Assembly (NCBI GenBank): GCA_951406725.2
Contig: OX597823.1
Location: 15,872,001 to 15,936,000 of the forward strand
Length of the DNA: 64,000 nt
Reading direction: 5' to 3'
Source: Octopus vulgaris
Taxonomy: Eukaryota
Below the pieces are notes generated by a model. The model was not told the DNA's origin. It saw only the letters and a list, made by a program, of their open reading frames with translations, and did not search any database. Position numbers and translations under genes: made by a program. Shown piece by piece: positions 52,715-64,000 of the stretch; position 1 is the stretch's first letter; every line of letters begins with the position of its first letter.

Positions 52715-52926
52715 TAGCCGATATGGAAAGGAATACATACTCGTAGATGTATAAATATGATATACGTGAATTGGGATATGTAATACTGGCGTTTTCTTGT
52801 ACACACACACACACCTCTTATTTTATATACAAGATACTGATAAGTATCGATTTTATCGATACTGATTGTATCGATAAAATGATACATCGTGAATCTACGA
52901 TCGTATATATTATATAATTCTGTCTT

Positions 52927-53130
52927 CTATAGGCACAATGCGGGAAATTTGGGGGAGAGGCAAGTCAATTACATTGACCTAAGTATTTGACTATTACTTA
53001 TTTTATCAACCCCCGAAAGGATGATAAGTAAAGTCGGCTTCGACGGAATTTGAACTCAGAACGTAAAGTCAGTCGAAATGCCGCTAATAATTTTGTCCGG
53101 GATGCTAACGATTCTGTCAGCTCACCACCT
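52927..53130 (-). mobile_element. SINE family C
   Basis: Reverse-complement homology to 2657-2868. Confidence 0.75.
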
Positions 53131-55000
53131 TGCTTATATTGTACAATAATAGAGCAAGAGTGTTGGGTTTGAATGTCGGTGAAACAATTATAAATTTATG
53201 TAATAAAACAATTTTCCCATTTTACTCTCCTTGTTAATAATTATATTAATTCTATGGATAATATGGGGTTTCAGAAATATATGTTAAAAATCGACCTCCA
53301 ATTTTAGTCATACCCGATAGCCACTACCTGTTGATGAACTTTAAAGAGAAAATACCAGGGCTAACAACCGAATGGAATTGCTATATATATTCTATATATA
53401 TAGTATATACGCATCTACATACCATGGACGCACAGCCCACATGCATATTATGTAAAAATGTGTGTGTGAGTGTACATTTACACACATTCACACATACATA
53501 CATGCATACATACATACATACATACATACTACATACATACATACATACATAATACATACATACATACATACATACATACATGCATGCATGCATACATACA
53601 TACATACATACATACATACATACATACATAATACATACATACATAATACATACATACATACATGCATACATACATACATACATACATACATACATACATA
53701 CATACATACATACATACATACATACATACATACATACATACATACATACATACAAATATAATAATACATTTTCGTTGTTATTTGGAAAAGAAAACAGTTC
53801 AGCAACCGCATCACCCAAAGTCGTTCAAAAATATTTATATAAAACAAAAATGAGTAGAAAAATTTTAAGCGCTATCACGGCAGCTTACAGAATGAAAATG
53901 TCAAAATGGAAAAAAAAAATCTAAAAAGCAAGAAAACAAAAAAAAGACAGTAGTGTACCCAATAGGGAAAATATGAAGAGTTGATATGTTTAGATTGGCT
54001 AAGTTGTGAAGTATTTGGATTAAAAGTGCAAATGTATAAGGCAAAGAGTGACATGGGTCAACGGCGATAAAACAATTACGCGAGATTAGTGTTCGGCAAA
54101 CTTGTCTGCCCCTGAAACAGTCGTGTAGGTGGTGAATTGGTAGAATTTTTAGAGCGTCGAATTGATTGCCTGCAGTATTTAGTCTTTTTTTTATTGCTCT
54201 TTTTTGTTAGGAAGGAAAGGTAGTCTCCAAGGCCTTTAACAGAATCGGAGACATAGTTCGTATGCTTGCAGCAGAGTGGATTCCACTAGACTTCCTTTAT
54301 GTTCTGAGTTGCTATCCCACTCAGATCAGCTTTCCGGAAACAATTAAAGAAAGTACCACTCAGGTACTGGAATCAACTTAAATTTTTTTTCTTTAAAATA
54401 TCCAAGATGTGGATGGAATTGCACAAGAAGGCAATAATTTATTTATTTAAGAAAACGTGTATGAGAGAAATACGTTAAAGTAATGCACTGGTGAAATTAT
54501 AGTTTTAGTGTATGTGTTTGTTATGTATTATGTTGGTCAGGTGACCTGAGAAATAGTTATTTAATTATATACTCAGTTATTTGGTAAACAATTTCTTTGT
54601 GGTCTGCCGTTGACATCTCTCTCTTTCAGTGTCTTCCTGTTCTCTGTGTTCCTCCAAACTAAAAGAGAGCTTGGAAGGAAGAAGGGATCATCGAACCAGT
54701 AACTTGCTCCAAATGCTTGCAACAGATTAGACTTCTCTAAAGGAAGCTGTGGTGCCAGGTTGTGTGCTAAATTAGACTACATATCTCTACCATCCAACGT
54801 TGGTTACGGAGAGATTTGGACTCAGAATGCAAGGTTCCAGAATAAATATTACAGTGCATTTCCTCTGACGATCTAACGATTCTACTAATTCACCAGCCAA
54901 ACTTTTATTCTGTTGTGTCTGGGGAGAGTCATTTTCTTTTTGTGCCTTATAATTTAACACACTCACCGGTAAAATTTTCACTTATTTCTTATTTTTATTT

Positions 55001-55041
55001 TCCTAAAATTTTCGTTGCGTCTTGCAACCTTTTCAATAGAA
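55001..55041 (-). ncRNA. Hammerhead ribozyme candidate, U3-A8 core variant
   Basis: uucua-UUGAAAA-G-GUUGC(aagac)GCAAC-GAA-AAUU-U-uagga. Confidence 0.6.
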
Positions 55042-56320
55042 TCTTGCAAATCAAATCCAAAAGCGAAACAAAATTTTACTATTAACTAATCATTTTGTAA
55101 TGGAGAAATTATAAGTGGTTCACTGTTAGAACGAAAATGTTTGCTGAAAACTATTCTAAATTATCCTCTTTCTGGGGAAAAAATGACCAGTAAGAATATA
55201 TTCCAACCCTTCACCACTATAGAACCAAGTACGCATATCCTATATGTAGCTTAGACACTAACCTACATAAAGCTCTAGTAATATATAAGTACATATAAAT
55301 CTAAAGCCCTACTAATCAAGCAAGTTTTGAAAAACAACAAAACAAAATTATGATCTTATCTCGACTTCCACACTGAAAATATAAAACAAAAACAATAACT
55401 GTTCAATTTTTATTTTCAAATTTTTGCATTATATTCGACAAGCCAACATGTATTCTCCTGACTTTGCAACTTCGCATTTAGAGAATCTGATTGAGTTTAT
55501 TAATAAGATTTCAAATAAAGCAAATTTTGAATAGAAGTAGAACAGAAGAACCGAACTGTTTGTGTGTATAAGGTTTCACCAAACCAACTGAGAGTTCTTC
55601 GATTTTTTTTTCTGCAAGAAAAGCTACTTGCAACTAAAAGGAGTCATATCCGAGGAAAAGTTAGTCTCTCACTGGTTTACTATGAAAGAAACTGGATATA
55701 GGTTTTCAATCTACTGAACAGCTGAAACACAGTGAAGACACAGACGTTGATGTATCTACGTAAAAGAGAAATTGAAAGTTTGCTGCAATGATCATTTCCG
55801 GCAAACATAATATGTTCGTAGCTAAAATGTGGATGCATTATTTTCTGACGAGAACGAAATACAATTAAATTTAAATTGTGAGTAATCTTTTCTTTTTTCG
55901 CTAATCACTTCAAAATCTGTCAAATTACGATTATATATTTCAGAAGTAGCAACAAGTAAGAACGGTCGCTCACTGTAAACTAACTTGTTTTGGGTGATAA
56001 TAATATTGCACGAGGAAATAATAGCATAATGTTGTGAGGATTTAGTAAGAAATGCAACGAGTTGAAAATAAATTTTAAACAAAGAATCTTGATTTATTTA
56101 GATAAGGCACATTACACAAGGCACTTTATATTTATTGCTAGAAGTGATATAAGACTTAAATACTTTTCCTAATAATATTTAAGCAAACGTTAGTGAAGGA
56201 CAATGGATTCAAACACCAGTTGGTAAGACATTCGTAAAAAGATCACAGTGAAGGTTTTACATGTTTTCATATACACTTCACTAATCAATCTTGAATTGGT
56301 TAATTTTAAATATCTTATAA

Positions 56321-56708
56321 CTAGCAGTATCGCCCGGCGTTGCTCGGGTTTGTTTCGACCCGCTGGAATTGGAATTTTTGAAAAGTAAAAAATTTGCATT
56401 ATGTAGCTTGTTATTCTCTTCAAGTGAACATTTTTGTGGTTGAAATACACCGAAAAGTGGCGACACAGCAGTGAAAAGATCGTAAAAAATAGGGATTTTC
56501 ATAGAAAAAAGCACCTTTTTGATGTAAATAATTTTTGGTGTTAACATGGTCCGATTTGAATTTTATCTTCTACGGAAGGAAGAGCAACCCTTCTATCATA
56601 CTCTCAATTTTGGTCAACTTGCGCCGCAGGGTCTCGGAGGAGATAGTGTTAGTTGAAGGCTACCAAACCTGGCGCACACAGACAACTTCAGCTTTATATA
56701 TAGAGAGA
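56321..56708 (-). mobile_element. Non-autonomous Helitron (fourth internal type)
   Basis: A|CTAGcagtatcgcccggcgttgctcgggtttgt...tatatatagagaGA|T; interior unrelated to the other copies. Confidence 0.85.
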
Positions 56709-56824
56709 TAACCCACACACATTAATACACATACATACACACACACACATGTATGTATGTATGGATGTATGTATGTATATATGTACATCTGTCCACTTCT
56801 TGTCATATTTTTATCCTTCACTTC

Positions 56825-56866
<42 letters not shown>

Positions 56867-56889
56867 ACACACAGACACACACACACACA

Positions 56890-56928
<39 letters not shown>

Positions 56929-57331
56929 TCTTAGCTTACAATTTTTTTTCAACAATTGACAACTGAAGTACGCTCGCAAATTAATACTACGAAAACTTAG
57001 CGACAGAAAGTAAATTAAAAACCAATTTACCTTTTCTGTTGAGTTATCATTCTAATTCGACCGTCTAACTTCCTTAAATCCGTCTCTTTTCTTCAACTGA
57101 ACTTAGTTCCTATCGTTTCTTAAAGTCCTTTGTGAAATCTAGGAGTGTTTTTTTTGTTATTTCTCGAGAAAGTTTTGTTTCCTGGACACTAAAAACTAAC
57201 GGGAAGTAGACAACAGTCCCAGTACAATGGTGTAATAGTGTAACTCATAATGTGAGCGGCTAGCATCTACTCACCATATGTCAGTGAATTGTTGCTGTGT
57301 TGCTGTGAATTGTGTTTGGCGCCTTTTTTTA

Positions 57332-57947
57332 CTAATAACAAACACACGTGTGTGTGTGTGTTTGAGTGTTTGTATGTAGTTGTTTGAAACGTTTGTGTTT
57401 GTCACTGTCATATATGTATATGTTTGCGTGTCTATGTGTGTAAAGAGAAAGTAGGAGAAAGTGTGGTAATAGGCGGAGTAAAGCCTTTGAAGTGAGAGAG
57501 GGAAATCGTAAAATATTGAGTTTTCACGAATTTTTGCTTAATTGGGGGTCAAATTGAAAGAAATTTATATGCCATGACCGAATGGAATGTACTTCTAAAA
57601 ATCATAGGTAAATTCCAATTGAAGAAATTGTGTGAGGAGTAAATCGTTATGTATTTATTTGTTTCTGTTTGCTCTGTATTTTTTCGAGTAGTGGTTTAAG
57701 GTACACTTGCAAAGAGAAAGCAGGAGTGAAGCAGTTGAAATTAGAGAGGCAAATCGTAAAATATTTACTTTCTCGAATTTTTGGTTAATTGGGGGTCAAA
57801 TTGAAAAAACTTTATATGCCATGACCCAATCGAATCTACTTCGAAAAATCATAGGTAAATTCCAATTGAAGAAATTCTATATTGTAGAATTGTATTAAAA
57901 ACGAACATGGTAACATGCAGAGAAAATCTGTCTTTTATCATAAGAGA
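57332..57947 (-). mobile_element. Probable older Helitron with an internal ~130-bp direct duplication
   Basis: Minus-strand 5' TCTCTTATGATAAAAG; about 57500-57629 is repeated at about 57747-57876; 3' end degenerate. Confidence 0.45.
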
Positions 57948-59306
57948 TATTTAGTCAATGCCATCACATTTGTCTTTGCTGGCCACTGCTATCGTACTGA
58001 ACAACAGGCCACTCTAATAAGATGCAGACCCCTCAACTACATTGATACTATCAGCAGAAACATACATCATAGAAAATAGGGACCTACCAAAGTTAATGGG
58101 GGTAGAGATTACTGGTGCGGTGTTGTGAAATGCATTCGCAACCGCAAGAAGAAAAGCGTTTAGTCTCGCCCCTCTTTTATTCTCAGTACAAATTACATTT
58201 TGTATTCTTCTGAGATCGATAACAGGAATTGGTAGAAACATAGTGAGATCGATTTAATAGACTAAACTTTCTCCCAAATAAAAATTAGACGCGTCAAATC
58301 AAATCAGTTTTAAGTGTGGGGAATATTTAATGTGGACAGAGTGCATTGAAAAGTCTCTTTTTTTTTTTTAAATATCGGTCAGAAAATTGCATGGTTTTAT
58401 TGTCAATATATATATATTTAATATTCGTTTCATTTTTATTACTTAAAAAAGGAGGAAAAAAGTTTTGAGCAAAGTTCTTGGAAAGACAACATTTATGAGA
58501 ACTCTTGCGATTAGCATTACTTGAAATTTCTCATTTTTGTTTTTAGCCACGGAAACTGAACACATAGCTTTGCATTGTCCATCTTCAACTGTCTCGCTCC
58601 ACCGCTTCTATTTGTCTAAAAGTTCATCTTCGAAGGTGATAAAATAGTGTGGCTTCAAAATTAGGACTTCGATTCATAGGGGTTCAACTCACTTTGATTG
58701 TTATATTTGTTTTGGTTGCCTACATGTTGGAAAAAAAATATAGTATGTCTTCAGGCCCTCCCTCCAGAGGGAATACATTTTCAATTTATAGAGTACCTTG
58801 TGGCAGCCGAAAATGAACGTTGAACGTTAAGAATTTTTCGAAAATTTTAAAAACATTTAAATCCCATAAATTTACGTGTCTCATTTGTCTTTTATAAACA
58901 AAACATTACGATATTTTAATTTTATCTTGATTTCTTACCTCATTTACAAAATGACCCCTGAAATCAACGCCTCGAGAAGTTATTGATAAAATTTATTATT
59001 AAAAAGTTAAGATAAAAAATAGAAATAGAGAAATAGAGCAATTTATTTATGTCGGATTAAGGTTCATTGGCAAAAGTAAAATATTCGGGATTCTTTCAAA
59101 ACTGGCTGAAGGTTATGCGCCTGCGGCCATTTGATTCTGACAGGTCACCTGTGCTGCTAAACGGTTCGTAGGTACGAAACAAATGGCGACTCTATGACCG
59201 GCCATAACTTTTAACTTCCTAACAAATACTTTACTGCTGTAATGGCTTTAGAGTGTGGTATTTTTTCGGATATATAAACTACTAACAATAAATATTTTTT
59301 TCATTT

Positions 59307-59346
<40 letters not shown>

Positions 59347-59377
59347 CTCTCTCTCTCTCTGTTTATTTTCTCTTATT

Positions 59378-59415
59378 CTTTTCTGTTGAAGAGCATAGGC
59401 TCGAAACGTAACAGC
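59378..59415 (+). ncRNA. Second copy of the A6U hammerhead-like motif in a pLTR-like fragment (to ~59503)
   Basis: CUGUUGA-A-GAGC(auag)GCUC-GAA-ACGU-A; stem I decayed; downstream sequence homologous to 49216-49300. Confidence 0.5.
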
Positions 59416-59509
59416 CTTTTTCATTTTCCCGAGCGTCAAACTAATACACTTGCTTGTTGTTTATACACCTGTCTTCGTCTTTTGTTTTTCTATAAATTTC
59501 AACTATATA

Positions 59510-59584
<75 letters not shown>

Positions 59585-59663
59585 GTATATATTATATATA
59601 TATATACATGTATATATATGTATATATATATATGTATGTATATATGTATGTATATATGTATGC

Positions 59664-59697
<34 letters not shown>

Positions 59698-59739
59698 GTA
59701 TATATATGTATGTATGTATGTATATATGTATCATGTATA

Positions 59740-59802
<63 letters not shown>

Positions 59803-59849
59803 TATAAGAGAGAGAGAGAGACAGATAGATAGATAGATAAATAAATAGC

Positions 59850-59901
<52 letters not shown>

Positions 59902-59906
59902 TAGAC

Positions 59907-59987
<81 letters not shown>

Positions 59988-60545
59988 CTATTTCTAGTTG
60001 TAAGCATAAAATGTTTAGAACCCTATAGAATTTAAACCTTTTCTGTAAGACTGGTTTGAATAAATTCAACACCACCACCAATAAGTCCAGGCATAATAAA
60101 AATGAAATATTTGCCTGAGAATGAGTTCCTATATAAACTATTTCCTTGGTTAAATCAGATGAAAGTAATTTTCTTTACCATTAGGTTTCATGCACATTGA
60201 ATTTCATAACGAACCCTTGCAATAATTGATGCATAAAACATGTTCATAGCTGCATTTGATCCGATATACAGGAATATTCTCTAGCCAATAGAAAGCAGTT
60301 GACAAGAATGACGTTACATGTCTAACATACCCTACCCCGCAAAAAATTCAATTACATGCGATTTTTAATGATTTCATCCAAATTTCACTGATGGATTACA
60401 GCTATATGCCTTGTATTACTTTTAAAGCTGGTAGATCTATAAAAATATATTTAAACAATTGTACATCAGTAAAGTAACCGCTGATTAATCAAGAAATTCT
60501 CGATTCTGTATCTAAATGATCCACATATATAAATAATATATATAA

Positions 60546-60594
<49 letters not shown>

Positions 60595-60639
60595 ATAGGT
60601 ATAATATATATATGTATAATATGTATATATATGTATAAA

Positions 60640-60672
<33 letters not shown>

Positions 60673-60689
60673 GGCATTAACCACTTTTA

Positions 60690-60925
60690 TCTCCTGTCTG
60701 GCCCTATGGCTGTATTGTGCGTGTTTGTCTCCCATCACGGCTTGACAACCGGTGTTAGTGTGTTTACGTCCCCATAACTTAGCGGTTTGGCAAAACAGAC
60801 CAGTAGAATAAGTACCAGGTTCACGAAAATAAGTACTAAGGTCGATTGTTTCGACAAAATTTCTTCAAAGCGGTGCTCTAGCATGGCAACAGTTTAATGA
60901 ATGTGACAAGTAATATGAAAAACAA
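60690..60925 (+). mobile_element. SINE family B 3' half (diverged)
   Basis: cttgacaaccggtgt...cggtgctctagcatggc homology. Confidence 0.7.
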
Positions 60926-61782
60926 GAGATTATATATTCTTTCTGTCGATTTGATGGAGGGAGTGAGTTTATGTGTACGCAAACATTTGATCATTATAAA
61001 CAAATCTGTGTGGTTGTTTCTTGTAAGGAATCTAATGCTCTTAGCTTAGTTTTTCCCTGAGGCTGGCCAGATTGGAGCAATCTCAAGAATAATCAGCCGA
61101 AATTGCGAGGATAATCTGGTGCTTGACTGAGGAAAGAAAACTTCGAATGACCCGTCCTTGCTTTCTTTGTATTGTCTATCAGGATGTTTTTTATTTAGAT
61201 AGCTCTTCGTCTCAGTTGCCGAAAAGAATATCTAGCTATTATTCTACATTTAAGCATATCAATAATGAAAGAATACTGGGCTTAGTAAATTAATTTGGCC
61301 TCTGAAGGAAGATAATACACAATACAGTTTGGAATGGAAAATTCTTTCTAGGTCCTTCCCATATGATAAAGGTAAACATTTTTACCCGCTCTGTAACGAA
61401 GAGCTGTTTTTCATCCTTTTCTCGAAGAATACACTTGTAAACACGTTTTTCGTAGTAAGCATTGGCAAAAACATACCTTTCCACGCTTTTAAACTTTATT
61501 CCTATTCATCTATCACATTATAATTTTCCACTCTTAATTTTCTATAAATTTCTTTCGCTCTCCTCCTTCTCTTTTTCTAAATTACCTTTGACGTTAAATC
61601 TATTAGCGGCTTTTAAAAAAATAACTTGCTAGCGTTCTCCTTACAACACATACTTACGTACACAGTAATCACATTCGGCTAAAATGGCTTACAGATGTAA
61701 TTTGTTCCATATATATATGTATTTAAATATACATAAATATATATATATATATATGTATTTAAATATATATAAATATATAATA

Positions 61783-61831
<49 letters not shown>

Positions 61832-61835
<4 letters not shown>

Positions 61836-62170
61836 GGTAAAGACCCTCTTCGGTCATGAGTGACCATGGGTTTGCACCTAGAGAGTTACCCTCTGAGGCA
61901 CAAGTCTGGGCAAGGTTGTTTTTTTTATGGAAGACCAGTAGTCGCCCATGCATACCGGCCTCCACTCTCCACGCCACCAGTGTTATCCAAGGGAAAGACA
62001 AAGGTCGATACAGCTTGGCACCTGTGACGTCGCAACTCATTTCTACAGCTGAGTGAACTGGAGCAACGTGAAATAAAGTGTCTTGCTCAAGAACACAACA
62101 CGCAGCCCGGTCCGGGATTCGAGCTCACAATCTCACGATCGTAAGCTCGACGCTCTAACCACTGAGCCAT
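61832..62170 (-). mobile_element. tRNA-derived SINE, family D
   Basis: Minus-strand head tggctcagtggttagagcgtcg...gagctcgaatcccgg, then ttgagcaagacacttt...cactcagctgtagaaatgagt; inserted in (TA)n. Confidence 0.85.
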
Positions 62171-62171
62171 G

Positions 62172-63064
<893 letters not shown>

Positions 63065-63202
63065 CGGAGATGTACTCGCATAGCAAGTAATTTGATCTGA
63101 GATCGTGTGCTGAAACGAAAACAATTGCAGCGTGGAAGGTGTTTATAAGCCATTTAAGAAACACACAAAAGCCGTTCGATTCACTTCAACATTTAAGTTT
63201 AA

Positions 63203-63252
63203 TTTGTCAAAATATTTTCGTCGCTAAAATCCGCGACCTGTTCACTGACAAA
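63203..63252 (-). ncRNA. Hammerhead candidate, G3-C8 variant
   Basis: uuuguca-GUGAACA-G-GUCGC(ggauuuua)GCGAC-GAA-AAUAUU-U-ugacaaa; perfect 7-bp stem I. Confidence 0.7.
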
Positions 63253-63279
63253 GTCCGTGCTGCATCTAACAGCACGGAC

Positions 63280-63328
63280 TTTGTCGGTGAACAGGTCGCG
63301 ATTTTAGCGACGAAAATATTTTGACAAA
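63280..63328 (+). ncRNA. Hammerhead candidate, G3-C8 variant (opposite strand)
   Basis: uuugucg-GUGAACA-G-GUCGC(gauuuua)GCGAC-GAA-AAUAUU-U-ugacaaa. Confidence 0.7.
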
Positions 63329-63404
63329 TTAAACTTAAATGTTGAAGTGAATCGAAGGCTTTTGTGTGTTTCTTAAATGGCTTATAAACACCTTCCACGC
63401 TGCA

Positions 63405-63503
<99 letters not shown>

Positions 63504-64000
63504 TGTATATAAATATATACATAAATATAGAAATATATATTAATATATATATACATACATATATATATAAATTGAAATAAACCCTGAAGATGTGTTGGAA
63601 TAGTTGCAAATCTAACGATTGCATATATGTATTTATATATATGTATATATGCATATGTATACAGTTGTGCATAGTTATATATATATTGTAATCTTCCAAT
63701 GCTGAAATACGTGTAGTTCCTTCATATTTAATAAATTTAAGTATTAACAAAAGTAGGAGATAATTAATGAAGCATAATATATACCCTGCTGGTAATTGTA
63801 GTTATATCATTTAAGCATAATTTCGTGATGTGCAAACTGATACCACGAGTTTACTTTCAGATATACCCATTAGGCTATTTTTGTACCATCTGAAATAGAA
63901 TACCCTCACATCGATTAATTCCCCCAAATTGAATTAATATTGACTTTTATCACATACTTTGTATATTTATAGATAAATATATAAATATATGATAAATAAG

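Larger units (their letters stand above)
63061..63407. mobile_element. Short Penelope-type fold-back element with ~140-bp inverted arms
   Basis: Arms 63123-63262 and 63270-63407 (3 differences), 7-nt loop, flanked by (TA)n. Confidence 0.85.

Overview
AT-rich, repeat-dominated eukaryotic DNA. The SINE, Helitron, Penelope and microsatellite repertoire suggests a cephalopod (probably Octopus); this is inference. Most ORFs in the track are microsatellite artefacts. The window holds: (i) four tRNA-derived SINE families in many copies; (ii) about nine non-autonomous Helitrons (5'-TC...hairpin-CTAG-3', inserted at A|T); (iii) a young 5'-truncated Tx1/L1-like LINE with an open RT/zinc-finger frame inside a (TCTA)n array; (iv) decayed R4/Dong-like, CR1-like, Penelope GIY-YIG and Tigger remnants, plus MITEs. 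The most striking signal is a set of about 12 hammerhead-ribozyme-like motifs from several unrelated short Penelope-type elements. Their catalytic cores covary at the 3-8 pair (C3-G8, G3-C8, U3-A8). Most have a palindromic stem III, and three lie in fold-back insertions within (TA)n, including a 475-bp non-coding retrozyme-like unit at 62.3-63.0 kb. There is also a candidate two-exon orphan gene (27203-27293 + 33666-34228, 217 aa) downstream of CCAAT and tandem RFX X-box-like motifs. All folding and alignments were done by eye.
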